From: a virus | Taxonomy: Duplodnaviria; Caudoviricetes | IMG/VR virus record: IMGVR_UViG_3300013121_000029 | Span: 64,001-128,000 of that record | Strand: one strand, 5' to 3' | DNA length: 64,000 bases | Shown: in pieces, positions 1 through 10,607 of the stretch | Numbering within the stretch: the first letter of the stretch is position 1 | Layout: every line of letters begins with the position of its first letter | Notes under the pieces: generated by a model | What the model was told of the DNA's origin: nothing | Seen by the model: the letters and a program-made list of their open reading frames with translations, nothing else | Databases searched by the model: none | Program-made: the position numbers and the translations under genes

Positions 1-384
1 TAACCCTGTTGGACAATTTACTTGAGTACAGTAATATCCCATTGTGCCACTAAGTTCTATACCACACTTGCCACAACGTGGTTTAGGAGCAGTGTAGGGG
101 TCCCACTTGTAAGGACCATAAGGCCCAAATGGTTGATAAGGTTTTTTGTCCCAAGGATAATCCCCTGGTTTTATTTTTTCTGCTTTAGAATCTTCTTCTA
201 ATTTTTTTAATTTTTCAAGAATGTCCTTAATCATATCATTATCTGTCTTGGGTTCAGAGTTAGTATCGATTGATAACTCATCAATCATTTCTTCTAATTC
301 ATCCAAGTGATCTTGTGTAGAATCAATAGATTCTTGTAATTTCTTAATTTGTTCTCTAATTGCTTTAATTGCTTCGGGTTGCAT
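1..384 (-). CDS. hypothetical protein, runs off window edge (coiled-coil N-terminus, Cys-rich C-terminus)
   Basis: ATG at 384, open to position 1 (MQPEAIKAIREQ...RCGKCG...YYCTQVNCPTG), directly after 392..1225. Confidence 0.6.
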   Translation of the reverse strand, partial: MQPEAIKAIREQIKKLQESIDSTQDHLDELEEMIDELSIDTNSEPKTDNDMIKDILEKLKKLEEDSKAEKIKPGDYPWDKKPYQPFGPYGPYKWDPYTAPKPRCGKCGIELSGTMGYYCTQVNCPTGL

Positions 385-391
385 ATTGTCT

Positions 392-1225
392 TTATCCTTT
401 TTGGTTATACCAGTCATGTAATTCTTCCAATTGTTCAGTTATAGTTTTGAGATTATACTGAAAATCATTTCTTGTTTTAACTATTGTTTTGTCTATAGTA
501 ACAGGAATTGTTATTGGTTTTATGACTTTATTTACATTATATATATTGTTTATTACATTTAGTAACTCATATTTTGAAACTTTTTCTTTACAATGAATGT
601 GGGCAAGTCCACTTATGTTCTCTTTAATTGCTTGATCGATAAACTTTGCTAATTCGAGAGTGGTCACTCCATTCCAAAAAGCATTTGTATATCCATTAAG
701 AATGTATTCTGATTTATGAAGAAACCAATGCATTAGTCCGGTCCCTTCACTTTTCAATTCAGGTCCAATTATAGATGTTCTAATAGTAAGATTGGGTGGT
801 AAAATAATTTCGCCAGCAGCCTTCGATGTGCCATATTTGTTCGTTTCGTCAGGTACATCTTTTTCAGTATATTGTCCTTTACTACCTGAAAATACACAAT
901 CGGTACTAATATGTATTAATTTAAAATCCATAAAACTAGAATACTTTTCTAATATTTTAGGAAATTGTGTATTAATTAAATAAGCTGCCATTGGACTGTC
1001 TTCACATGGCTTAACTAATAGACCAACACAATTAATAACAATACTAGGACTGTGTTCTTTAAGTATTGTTCTGACAGCACTTTCATTTGTCACATCGACT
1101 TTGATATGGTTTTTATTTGTATCGTGATGTGAATGTATAGAAATTACTTCATATTGTTGTTCAGTAAGATATCTAGCAACAACATGCCCTGCCATTCCAC
1201 CTGCACCAAATATTAGTACTTTCAT
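392..1225 (-). CDS. RmlD-family NDP-4-keto-6-deoxysugar reductase (SDR)
   Basis: GAGGMAG Rossmann motif, HISTDCVFSG, YGTSK (YxxxK), RTSIIG. Confidence 0.85.
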   Translation of the reverse strand: MKVLIFGAGGMAGHVVARYLTEQQYEVISIHSHHDTNKNHIKVDVTNESAVRTILKEHSPSIVINCVGLLVKPCEDSPMAAYLINTQFPKILEKYSSFMDFKLIHISTDCVFSGSKGQYTEKDVPDETNKYGTSKAAGEIILPPNLTIRTSIIGPELKSEGTGLMHWFLHKSEYILNGYTNAFWNGVTTLELAKFIDQAIKENISGLAHIHCKEKVSKYELLNVINNIYNVNKVIKPITIPVTIDKTIVKTRNDFQYNLKTITEQLEELHDWYNQKG

Positions 1226-2217
1226 TTAATGTATCCACTATTTGTTAACATTTCAAATACTTTTTGCATATCTCTTGTTACATAAGTTTCTGATGAATAT
1301 TCAGGAAGATCAAATTTGGTATATTGTTTTGCATAGTGTGTATGTACATCGTTTATATTAATGGTAGGCATAATCACAATATAATTATCATCATATGCAT
1401 ATGATACTTTGGCTTCATTTTTTGATACTAACATTTCGTGAATCTTTTCACCAGGTCTAATTCCTACTTCAGTTTTTTTAGTATCAGGATTTCCATGAAC
1501 AGCAATTAATGCTTGAGCAATATCATCAATGTAATATGAAGGCATTTTCATCACAAACGTTTCACCACCTACAGATTGTTCAGCAGCTGCAAATAATAAA
1601 TGGATGGCTTCAGGTAATGACATAAAATATCTTGTCATATTTTTATCTGTTAACGTTACATGATTGTTTTCTTTGATCTGGTCAATAAAGAAAGGAATGA
1701 CACTTCCGTTTGATCCAATTACATTACCACCACGAATGCAAACGAATTTTGTATCGGAAAGCATATTAGCTTGGATAATTAAGCGTTCACCCACAGCTTT
1801 TGTCATACCATATAAATTTAAAGGATCGACTGCTTTATCAGTTGACACATCAATTACTTTACTTACATTATTATCGATTGCTGCATTGATAATATTTTGT
1901 GTTCCTACGATGTTAGTTTTAATTGCTTCTTGAGGATGATATTCACATACTGGTACATGTTTAAGAGCTGCTAAATGAAAGATATAATCAACTCCTTTAC
2001 AAGCACGAGTGATTGCATCTTGATCACGAATGTCACCAATTATATATTGAATACGTGAATCTTTAAATTTCCGTTGCATCATTACTTGAGCAAGTTCCCC
2101 ACGAGAAAATATAATAATTTTCTTTGGTGGCTTAGGTAATTCAAGTAATTGTTTTGTTAGCTCTTGTCCCCAAGAACCTGTTCCACCAGTGATTAATATA
2201 GTTGATTCATAGAACAT
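1222..2217 (-). CDS. UDP-GlcNAc 4,6-dehydratase (FnlA/CapE/WbjB/PseB-like)
   Basis: ITGGTGSWG, HLAALKHVP, STDKAVDPLNLYGMTK, GIRPGEKIHE. Confidence 0.9.
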   Translation of the reverse strand: MFYESTILITGGTGSWGQELTKQLLELPKPPKKIIIFSRGELAQVMMQRKFKDSRIQYIIGDIRDQDAITRACKGVDYIFHLAALKHVPVCEYHPQEAIKTNIVGTQNIINAAIDNNVSKVIDVSTDKAVDPLNLYGMTKAVGERLIIQANMLSDTKFVCIRGGNVIGSNGSVIPFFIDQIKENNHVTLTDKNMTRYFMSLPEAIHLLFAAAEQSVGGETFVMKMPSYYIDDIAQALIAVHGNPDTKKTEVGIRPGEKIHEMLVSKNEAKVSYAYDDNYIVIMPTININDVHTHYAKQYTKFDLPEYSSETYVTRDMQKVFEMLTNSGYIK

Positions 2218-2219
2218 GT

Positions 2220-2945
2220 TTACACCTTCGATCCATCAAGTTTGTAAAATATAGCACGATGTTTGTCATCTGACTCTAGTTCATTTTTTGGTCTTGTATT
2301 TGTATAATAGTAAAGAATCAATGAACGACGTGAACGATCTTCTGGACAGTTTAAAGGATGAGGATGTCCATGCATACTAAAATCATCTGTTCTAAAAACA
2401 ACGAGTCTATTGAAAAGAGGTGCTATTTTCTTTTCACATTTGGTCCTTTCACGATCCCACAATTCAAAATGTCCACCCCATTCTTCATCCCAATCTTTGT
2501 TAAGATAAAGAATAACATTTAGTCTACGATGTACTCCCATTAGATCGTGCCAGTTACCATCAGCGTGAATTGCCAACATTCCGCCTTTATTAATTTGATT
2601 GAATCCACCACCTGAGAGATAAGGATCACAAATGATTCCTTCTATACCTGTTAATTTGCTTAACCATCTCATGAAGTCGCCTGAATTTAAAGTTTGAATA
2701 ATCGAATGTGCAATGGGTGGTATGTCACTATCTGTTTTCCAATTACTTCTTTTTTTAACTTGGACCCCTTCGTGATTGCGTACGTCGTGTTTAGCCCAAT
2801 CAGTGTTATCGAACTCTGCAAGTAATTTATCTAATGTGTTTTGATCGAAAGCGTTATCAATAGCAATGTGGTTAAAAGGAGTTGCAATTTGAAATTCTTT
2901 AGAGTATTGATCGATGTTATCATTTAACATTTGCCAGTTTATCAT
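2220..2945 (-). CDS. 2OG-Fe(II) oxygenase (prolyl-hydroxylase-like)
   Basis: HAD...RRLNVILYLN...WGGHFELW...HGHP...RRSL. Confidence 0.85.
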   Translation of the reverse strand: MINWQMLNDNIDQYSKEFQIATPFNHIAIDNAFDQNTLDKLLAEFDNTDWAKHDVRNHEGVQVKKRSNWKTDSDIPPIAHSIIQTLNSGDFMRWLSKLTGIEGIICDPYLSGGGFNQINKGGMLAIHADGNWHDLMGVHRRLNVILYLNKDWDEEWGGHFELWDRERTKCEKKIAPLFNRLVVFRTDDFSMHGHPHPLNCPEDRSRRSLILYYYTNTRPKNELESDDKHRAIFYKLDGSKV

Positions 2946-2968
2946 ATAATATCCTATAAAATATAATG

Positions 2969-3487
2969 TTATTTATTCTTTGGTAAAACGTCTATAATTC
3001 TACTATCGCTTTCTCTTCTTATTAATGTTAATCCTGCTGGTTCAATTGGCAATGTAATATATGTTAGTTTATCTGTAGCTGTCATATTATATTCTTTAAA
3101 CCATTCAATCATTTTATAACTGTCTCCACAATAACCAGGATCAATTAATTTTAATTCTGCAGGATCAGTATCATGCATAATTATAACACCACCCTTGTTT
3201 AATATTTTTAGAGAATTTACAAAATCCTGTTGTGCTGAAGTAAAAGAATGATCGGCATCGATGAAGATGACATCAAAGGTTTGGTTATTTGTTTTAAAAA
3301 ACTCAACAGTTGTTTTCTTATAAAAGGTAAAGTTTTTGTGTGGCACATCAACAATATCTACGCCAACGCACAAGGGAACATGTTTTGCAATTTGAGTAAT
3401 GCATTCCCCTTTGTATAATCCTAATTCCAAATATGATTTAGGTTTGATACTTTTACATAACATATCTATAAATTGTTCATGATTCAT
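2969..3487 (-). CDS. class I SAM-dependent methyltransferase
   Basis: YLELGLYKG, FDVIFIDADHS, GGVIIMHD. Confidence 0.85.
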   Translation of the reverse strand: MNHEQFIDMLCKSIKPKSYLELGLYKGECITQIAKHVPLCVGVDIVDVPHKNFTFYKKTTVEFFKTNNQTFDVIFIDADHSFTSAQQDFVNSLKILNKGGVIIMHDTDPAELKLIDPGYCGDSYKMIEWFKEYNMTATDKLTYITLPIEPAGLTLIRRESDSRIIDVLPKNK

Positions 3488-4369
3488 TTATAATTCTCGT
3501 ATGAGTTGTGTCCAAGACTCTTTACATGATGTTTTACTTAAATTATTATCAATCATTGTTTGTCTTGGAGTGAATGAAGTATTTAAGGCTTCTTGTATAT
3601 GTTTGTAGAAATCTGTCACAGAAGGTAAAGATATTACTCCCCAACTTCCTTTTAAGTGCGGATAGATACCAACACTTGTTGTTACTATAGGAACATCACA
3701 TGCTGCTGCTTCTATACCAGCTAAATGTTGTGTTTCGTTTCGTGATGTACATATAAGGACACGAGATTGATTGTATAGTTTAACTAATTGTGTATGATCT
3801 ACTTGTGAAAAAAGAGTTACGTTAGGAGGAAATTTTTCAGTGCATTTGTATTTCATAACCACACAAAACTTTAAGTGTTTATGTGCGTGTATTAAATGGC
3901 GTACTAACTCAAAATTCTTAATTACTGAATCTGCACCTACAAATATAACATCATACCTTTTTGGTTCGGGCAACGGTTTAAATAAATCAAAGTCCACCCC
4001 CAAAGGAATGATTTTCGTTTTTGACACATCTATTTCATGTTTATATTGTTCAAATACTGTTTGAGAATTACATACTATGATTGATGATTTATCACATACA
4101 CGTAATTGCTGCTCTCTATACTTTCCTGTTAATGGATCTTGTAACAATGATATTGTTGGACAGTTATGGTTTAGCGGTTCGAACCATGATGCATTTCTAA
4201 TAATGTAATCAGGAGTGGGTAATGAATTTATGTGTGATACTAAAGTTTTATAATCACCATTACATTTATCTTGTAAGCCAGGAATCCATTCTAACAAATC
4301 ATGCCAAAAAGTTTTTGTATTTGGTATACATGTTAATAAATCATTTACTAAATAACCTTGCTTATTCAT
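3488..4369 (-). CDS. glycosyltransferase, GT4-like (GT-B)
   Basis: IIPLGVDFDLF, SRNETQHLAGIEAAACDVPIV (Ex7E). Confidence 0.8.
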   Translation of the reverse strand: MNKQGYLVNDLLTCIPNTKTFWHDLLEWIPGLQDKCNGDYKTLVSHINSLPTPDYIIRNASWFEPLNHNCPTISLLQDPLTGKYREQQLRVCDKSSIIVCNSQTVFEQYKHEIDVSKTKIIPLGVDFDLFKPLPEPKRYDVIFVGADSVIKNFELVRHLIHAHKHLKFCVVMKYKCTEKFPPNVTLFSQVDHTQLVKLYNQSRVLICTSRNETQHLAGIEAAACDVPIVTTSVGIYPHLKGSWGVISLPSVTDFYKHIQEALNTSFTPRQTMIDNNLSKTSCKESWTQLIREL

Positions 4370-5100
4370 AATAATTGTGCTCGTTCTTTTGCATAATCAG
4401 TAATTGTTTCCTTTAACATTCCTTTTTGTAATCTTCCACTAACACTGTTTTCATGAGCTCTATAATACATTAACGATCTTCCTGTGTGGAATGTAAAGTT
4501 TGCATTGTTAAGAGCAGCTTCAACAGCAAATAGATAATCCTCACCAGGTAAGGAATGATAAGGACCTACCTTTTTCCAAAGGTCTACAGTATACATAAAA
4601 GCAGGTCCTAATGCAAATAGTGTTTTGAGGGAGAGAATATTAGTATTTGGTTCACATGAAATTTTTCTTATGTTTCTTCTTTTTTGTGATTCTGTCATAA
4701 AAAAAGTATCAGCATATAATATTTGCCACGACCCGTAACATATATCTGCATGTGAATTTATTAATGTATTACGTAGAGTTTCGAAAAAATATGGTTGTAA
4801 AATATTATCTGATGATATCCAGGTAATATACTTGTAATCATCAAGATTATTAATTGAATTAATACCAAAATTAATCGCTGATCCTGTTCCTTGATTACAT
4901 GGGGTCTGAAGTAGTGTAAACTTATATTTAGATTTTAACTGTGTTAATCGTTGATATGTATTATCAATTGAACAATCATCAATGCACACTAGTGAAAAAT
5001 TCATATAACTTTGATTGTACACTGATAATAATGCCTCGTCTATAGTGCGAACAGTATTATAACAAGGCATAATTACTAATATATCAGGGGTCATTTTCAT
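4366..5100 (-). CDS. glycosyltransferase GT2
   Basis: VIMPCYN, IDDCSID, WISSDN, GEDY; start taken at MKMTPD (5100). Confidence 0.8.
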   Translation of the reverse strand: MKMTPDILVIMPCYNTVRTIDEALLSVYNQSYMNFSLVCIDDCSIDNTYQRLTQLKSKYKFTLLQTPCNQGTGSAINFGINSINNLDDYKYITWISSDNILQPYFFETLRNTLINSHADICYGSWQILYADTFFMTESQKRRNIRKISCEPNTNILSLKTLFALGPAFMYTVDLWKKVGPYHSLPGEDYLFAVEAALNNANFTFHTGRSLMYYRAHENSVSGRLQKGMLKETITDYAKERAQLL

Positions 5101-5839
5101 CCTTTTCACCTTCCTGTATATGATATACAATAGAATCAAAAACAGTCGTTTGTGTTAAATTATATTCTGTTTTTAATCGATCGAAGTAATACTTATCACC
5201 AGATATTAATTTTCCTTTATGTGGGACTCCAGGATAGTTAATTTTCATTATATTACCCTTAGAATCTACAATAGGATTGCCTTCAGGATACCCTTTACTT
5301 TTTGTAAACACATCAACTGGTAATAAACAAGGCATATATAATCCACCTAATACTTGTTTGTGTTCTGAAATCTTATCAACATATTCTTGCCATTCTTGTT
5401 GTTTGAATAGAGATGGTTTCTTTCCAAAGTCTTGTGATATAGCATGTTCACCACTTAATAATTTTCCACTTTCTACTAACCTACTTGTTGGAATTGTTGT
5501 TCGATTATATCCTTTAACTAAATTATCCAACCATCCGTTACTAAAAGCCATATCAGAATTAATAAAACATATGTATTCAGCTTCTGATGACATTCCTGCC
5601 CAATTCCAACATCTATATACTCTATTCAAATAATAATCATCTGGTCTAGGGTCATGATATACTGAATATGGAATATCTAATGTTTTTAAATGATCTAATA
5701 CTTTTTGCGTTGGATCGTTTGCCACTATTCTTAAAGTAATTTCATGTTCATTCGAAACACAGTAAGTTTTCATTTGATTGTAAATAAAATTTAAATAATC
5801 AACTGATTTGTATATTAATGATATAACTTCAATTTGCAT
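5084..5839 (-). CDS. GT-A fold glycosyltransferase
   Basis: RCWNWAG...YICFINSDMAF...WL, GD, VYH; operon context. Confidence 0.65.
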   Translation of the reverse strand: MQIEVISLIYKSVDYLNFIYNQMKTYCVSNEHEITLRIVANDPTQKVLDHLKTLDIPYSVYHDPRPDDYYLNRVYRCWNWAGMSSEAEYICFINSDMAFSNGWLDNLVKGYNRTTIPTSRLVESGKLLSGEHAISQDFGKKPSLFKQQEWQEYVDKISEHKQVLGGLYMPCLLPVDVFTKSKGYPEGNPIVDSKGNIMKINYPGVPHKGKLISGDKYYFDRLKTEYNLTQTTVFDSIVYHIQEGEKDENDP

Positions 5840-5840
5840 A

Positions 5841-6908
5841 TTAATTGCCTAATAATAATTTGATTACGTTATCTGATACTTTTGGTTCTGTATATCCTTC
5901 AGGATAGTTCCATTCTCTTGACATTGTAGATGCTTGGAAAATTCCTTTAATGATTTTATTAGCATCAATTGTTGTTACAATATTACTTCCACAATCTACT
6001 GTTTCAGGTCTTTCAGTCGTATCACGAATTGTCACTGTTGGTACATTAAATAAACAACATTCTTCTTGTACTGTGCCTGAGTCAGTTAGAGCAATATGAG
6101 CATGTTGTTCTAATTTAACGAAATCAAAGAAACCAAGAGGATCAACAACATGTAAATTAGATGGTATTTGAATATTGTATTGTTTGATCTTTTGTAATGA
6201 TCTTGGGTGAATTGGATAAATGATAGGACTTTGTATATGACTAATTCCTTTCATCATTTCATTAAATCTTATTTCACTATCAACATTCTCCGCACGATGA
6301 AGTGTACAAACAGCATAAGGAGTATCGACTAGATTTAAGTCTTTCAAAATAGTAGAGTTGTCGATTTGTTCTTTAAAATGTTGTAATACTTCATAAATTG
6401 GATTGCCCACGACATGGATACGATGCTCAGGATAATTTTCGTTTAATAGATTTTGTTTACTATTTTGAACGTAAGGTAAATTGAAACTTGAAACAGCATC
6501 AATCATTTTTCTGTTCTTTTCTTCTGGTACTTTTTCATCAAAACATCTATTACCAGCTTCCATATGATATACAGGAACACCGTGACGTTCGAAAATCATT
6601 GCTGATAATGAACTATTTGTATCACCTAAAATTAATGCTTTATTAGGTTTTTCAGTTAAAATTGCTTGCTCGATTAAATTAAACACGCTTGATAATTGTG
6701 AAGCAAATGTCTGTGCCCCACCTTTCTGATAATAATCTGGTTTACGAATCTGTAAATCATCAAAAAAGATATCACTTAATTTTGGATCGTAATTCTGACC
6801 AGTCCATAATAAGATATGATCCTTTCCTAGCAATTCATCTAATTTCTTAATGATAACGCATAATCTAATTAATTCTGGTCTAGTTCCTACTACAGTTATA
6901 ATTTTCAT
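5841..6908 (-). CDS. UDP-N-acetylhexosamine 2-epimerase, non-hydrolysing (FnlC/WbjD/CapG-like)
   Basis: VGTRPELIRL, LGDTNS, HMEAGNR, TDSGTVQEE, RDTTERPE. Confidence 0.9.
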   Translation of the reverse strand: MKIITVVGTRPELIRLCVIIKKLDELLGKDHILLWTGQNYDPKLSDIFFDDLQIRKPDYYQKGGAQTFASQLSSVFNLIEQAILTEKPNKALILGDTNSSLSAMIFERHGVPVYHMEAGNRCFDEKVPEEKNRKMIDAVSSFNLPYVQNSKQNLLNENYPEHRIHVVGNPIYEVLQHFKEQIDNSTILKDLNLVDTPYAVCTLHRAENVDSEIRFNEMMKGISHIQSPIIYPIHPRSLQKIKQYNIQIPSNLHVVDPLGFFDFVKLEQHAHIALTDSGTVQEECCLFNVPTVTIRDTTERPETVDCGSNIVTTIDANKIIKGIFQASTMSREWNYPEGYTEPKVSDNVIKLLLGN

Positions 6909-6917
6909 TTTAGGTCC

Positions 6918-7529
6918 TCAAACAAACGGTTTTGCAGTTTCTGATTTAGCAGGATCGAACATGTATCTATATAATACTTTTGGAATAAAGTATTCACGTT
7001 GTATTAATTCTGTAACTTGTCTACACCAACCAACATCTTCTTGTAATTGCAAATTAGGGAACGAACGTTGTTTTGCAATTTCGGTTCTCCATATCATAGT
7101 ATGTGCTGGTTTCCCGGTCCATTTTTTTGCTGCCGTATCTAATGTATAATCAAAGTCTTTACTATATGTGCAAGTATGAACATATTGACCTTTTTTGTAA
7201 TAATCTTGGATAAATGTAATACAATCAACGGGTACTTCATCGTTAGCAGTATTTTTAATTACTTTGAGAATCTCAGATATATAATCTGGTGATACCATAT
7301 CGTCGTCGTCGATAAATGTGAGATACTTGCCTCTTGCTAAAGAGAGTAGCATATTGCGTTTTTCACCAATCGTCATTCTTCTGTTGTCATATAAACTAAG
7401 AATTTCCACTTCTTTATTATCACCAATTTGCTTTTCCAATTCAGCTAATAATTGTTGGACAACGTTGTTTCTTCTTGCTGGAACAGTTGGTATTAAGATG
7501 GTAAGTAGTGGTGTCATAATTTTCCCCAA
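6918..7529 (-). CDS. glycosyltransferase GT2
   Basis: IGEKRNMLLSLARGKYLTFIDDDD, QEDVGW. Confidence 0.8.
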   Translation of the reverse strand: MGKIMTPLLTILIPTVPARRNNVVQQLLAELEKQIGDNKEVEILSLYDNRRMTIGEKRNMLLSLARGKYLTFIDDDDMVSPDYISEILKVIKNTANDEVPVDCITFIQDYYKKGQYVHTCTYSKDFDYTLDTAAKKWTGKPAHTMIWRTEIAKQRSFPNLQLQEDVGWCRQVTELIQREYFIPKVLYRYMFDPAKSETAKPFV

Positions 7530-8326
7530 TTAATTGTTGTATTTACGTGTATTTTATTATCAGCATTATTTTTCAAAAAAAGCTGTTTGTTTAGTTCTAT
7601 TAAATCATTTGTTGATTTTTCTCCTTTTATATGAGGAGAAAATAAGTGAATAACCCATAAATCCATTGGTATATCAATGTTTACTTCATAATATCGTGGA
7701 GAATCTAATCTTCTTACACTATGCTTACATCCAAGTCTTAATAATCGTTCGACCAGATCATCATCCTCATATCCCATTCCAGTAAATGTTTCATCATATC
7801 CACCTACTGTCATAAATTGATGTTTTGATACTCCTAAACAAAAAGGAAGATATACAGTAAGTCCAAATTCTGCTGCACCACAATCATTAATAGTAATAGG
7901 TTGACCTTTTTTTAATTTGTTTAGAAAAAATCCTTTTCTATCATCTACTCCTCTCACTGTACATAACAAATTTGGATCATCTTGTATTTTGTTAGCAATA
8001 TATTGTATCGTGTTTCCTACATGATACATTTCCCCACAACATAATACAATAATATCAGACGATGCTAATTTAGATCCAATGTTGTAGGCATAACCTGGTA
8101 CTCTCCAAATATTTTTTCCTTGTTTAGTTTTACCACTATGAATATATTTGATGTTCAATTGGCGTTCATATTGTTTAACGAGTTGCTTACATTCGTTATC
8201 AGAAATATAAAAATCATCAAGGACTATAATTTCAACATCGTTCTTTTGTTCTGATAATGATTTTAAGTTCCACTGAAGAACGTCATTACGTTTGTGAGTA
8301 GCTATTAAAATTGAACACAGGCTCAT
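7514..8326 (-). CDS. glycosyltransferase GT2 with GT7-like C-terminal motif
   Basis: IIVLDD, AYNIG, GGYDETFTGMGYEDDD. Confidence 0.8.
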   Translation of the reverse strand: MSLCSILIATHKRNDVLQWNLKSLSEQKNDVEIIVLDDFYISDNECKQLVKQYERQLNIKYIHSGKTKQGKNIWRVPGYAYNIGSKLASSDIIVLCCGEMYHVGNTIQYIANKIQDDPNLLCTVRGVDDRKGFFLNKLKKGQPITINDCGAAEFGLTVYLPFCLGVSKHQFMTVGGYDETFTGMGYEDDDLVERLLRLGCKHSVRRLDSPRYYEVNIDIPMDLWVIHLFSPHIKGEKSTNDLIELNKQLFLKNNADNKIHVNTTINWGKL

Positions 8327-9201
8327 AAATTATCTAATTCTCTCAATGTTGTTTTACTTTGTTTTTCGAATAATCCAATTGCTTTTGTGACTGCTCCAAA
8401 TCCATTATAATTTGACGGTACAACTTTTGATTCTATCACATCACCCATAGGATGTCCTCCGAACCAATGTATTCCGATACATTGAGGTGAAAAATTAAAA
8501 TTAGGTTGTTTATACATATCATCTATTTGGGAACGTGATGGAATAACAGGATACACTAATTCTGTGAAAAATTCTGAACACTCAGGAAATGATTTAACGT
8601 GTTTTGTAAATAGAAAAGTTCCAAACTTTTGGTAATTCTCTGTTTGTGTTTGAAGTTCTTTAAGGGCAATATCATATAATGTCTTATAAAACACATTATC
8701 AGAGGATGCCATTAAAAATCCGATTGGAAAGGCTAAATCTTTTGCAGGATACTTACAAATCATATACGGTGTACGTTTGTTAATCTTATATGGTATATTA
8801 TTCATAGGTTTAAAAAATATAATATCCATATCCGACCAAATTCCCCCTTGCTCACCAAGAATTTTCCATCTTATAATATCTGATTTATACACATCTGTAA
8901 GCATTTCAGGAATTCCTAATTCTTCGAAGTTAATTTCTTCAATTATTAAATTAGGCAATGTGGATAATAAGTGTGAATAATCTTCTGATGGTAATGTGCG
9001 TGTTTGATGAACTGAATGATAAGTAATTTTGGAATCCTTTATTTTAGGAACATAATACTTTAGTTGCCAATCAGGATTTAATTTAGCAAACGTGTGTAGC
9101 GTCAAGAATCTTACAAATGGTAATTTACTATTACCCCAATAAAAATGTGCTATTTTTGGTATTTCTGAACCGAATTGTATAAATGGTGTGTTATTTTTCA
9201 T
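8323..9201 (-). CDS. GT32-like DxD glycosyltransferase
   Basis: IPKIAHFYW, KSDIIRW, GGIWSDMD. Confidence 0.8.
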   Translation of the reverse strand: MKNNTPFIQFGSEIPKIAHFYWGNSKLPFVRFLTLHTFAKLNPDWQLKYYVPKIKDSKITYHSVHQTRTLPSEDYSHLLSTLPNLIIEEINFEELGIPEMLTDVYKSDIIRWKILGEQGGIWSDMDIIFFKPMNNIPYKINKRTPYMICKYPAKDLAFPIGFLMASSDNVFYKTLYDIALKELQTQTENYQKFGTFLFTKHVKSFPECSEFFTELVYPVIPSRSQIDDMYKQPNFNFSPQCIGIHWFGGHPMGDVIESKVVPSNYNGFGAVTKAIGLFEKQSKTTLRELDNL

Positions 9202-9854
9202 TTTGGCCTATTAATTTCCCAATTGGACGTTATTTTTTCTTCATAATCTCGTGATGCTCCTCTAACAATACTAAACCCAGGTGCAGTACGACATATTGGA
9301 TCTTTAGGGCAAAATACTTTCATTCTTGAAGCACTATCCTTCATTAATCCGTCAAATGGTCTTGAAGTCATATTATCATATAACATGTCTAATGCAGTAG
9401 CGATTCCCTTTCTTGACATAGCATATGCAAATAATCCTAACATCTTTGTAGGAATGTACAAGTTATCTGTATAACGTTTCATAGGAGCATCAGGATTACC
9501 ACCTAAGTATAATATATCCCAATCAGATGGTAAGTCTGCTAATGCTTTTTTCAATAAACTTTTATGTTCTGATGTTACATAAAAATCATCTTCAAAGATC
9601 AACGCAGCATTAGCGTTTTGTGCTAATGCTCTAGTTAGTGCCTTAGCGTGACTTAAATTGGCTCCAATGTTTCCTCGAACAAATTTCATAACAGATGTAT
9701 TAATATCTTCTGGTGGAGGAGTAGCATAAACTTGTTCCACTTGATTTTCAATGTTCATTAGTTTGAATTGTTTCACACATGTGTTCCAACGAGATGTGGA
9801 CTCAGGAAGATTAATACAGGCTTTGTATTCAAAGAAGGAGTATGGATTGGTCAT
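9198..9854 (-). CDS. GT25-like glycosyltransferase
   Basis: INL...R, GANLSH, LIFEDD, DWDILYLG. Confidence 0.8.
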   Translation of the reverse strand: MTNPYSFFEYKACINLPESTSRWNTCVKQFKLMNIENQVEQVYATPPPEDINTSVMKFVRGNIGANLSHAKALTRALAQNANAALIFEDDFYVTSEHKSLLKKALADLPSDWDILYLGGNPDAPMKRYTDNLYIPTKMLGLFAYAMSRKGIATALDMLYDNMTSRPFDGLMKDSASRMKVFCPKDPICRTAPGFSIVRGASRDYEEKITSNWEINRPK

Positions 9855-9876
9855 ATGAGATATTAGTTATTTTAAG

Positions 9877-10002
9877 TATTTATGATAACTAAAGAAACAA
9901 GGAAATCATCTAACGATGATTGCTCTTTGTCATTTTCGTTTCGCAAAAAGATTTTACATAGACAATCAAATTAAATCAACGAGGCGTTTTCGGAAATAAA
10001 TA
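9877..10002. promoter_or_regulatory. divergent late-type promoter motifs, TAAATA (- 9877-9882; + 9997-10002)
   Basis: T4 gp55-like core about 23 nt upstream of both divergent glyco operons. Confidence 0.5.
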
Positions 10003-10025
10003 CTACAAATATTATTATAACATAT

Positions 10026-10607
10026 ATGAAAAAATGTATAATTGTGGCCGATGGTCCGAGCGCAAAAGATTTTGTCCCTCCCTCTAATGTTCCAATAATT
10101 GCTGTTAAAGGAGCTATAGAATGGTTATCTCGTGCTGATTATTGGTTTTCTCTTGATCCCAATGAACGAACCATGCAAGTTATTAATAATCCCAAAGAAG
10201 GGGTTAAATATTATTGTGCATGTCCTGATAACATTGTATTACCTAATCATGTTATTAGATTAAAAAGAATTGCTGCGCACACACTTCCGAGACATTTGAT
10301 GCGAACAATGATTCAAAGATGGTCTTGTGTGTTAACATTGAATGAAGATCCGACCTGTATTAATACAGGAAATAGTGCATATGGAGCATTAGGTCTTGCA
10401 TATCATCTTGGATTTAGAGACGTATTATTAGTTGGAGTAGATGGAACAATGCAACCACGGTTAAGTGATAAAAAACGTCCAAATAATTTATCACACTTAC
10501 CTGAACTATTTGAGTCTACCTTACATCAAGTGAAATTATCATCGATAAGTCGATTGGGAAATAAGATACCTAAAGTAACATTAGAGGAATGGTTAAATGA
10601 CGAATGA
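10026..10607 (+). CDS. Maf/DUF115/GT42-like sugar transferase
   Basis: IIVADGPSA, NSAYGALGLAYHLGFRDVLLVGVD. Confidence 0.6.
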   Translation: MKKCIIVADGPSAKDFVPPSNVPIIAVKGAIEWLSRADYWFSLDPNERTMQVINNPKEGVKYYCACPDNIVLPNHVIRLKRIAAHTLPRHLMRTMIQRWSCVLTLNEDPTCINTGNSAYGALGLAYHLGFRDVLLVGVDGTMQPRLSDKKRPNNLSHLPELFESTLHQVKLSSISRLGNKIPKVTLEEWLNDE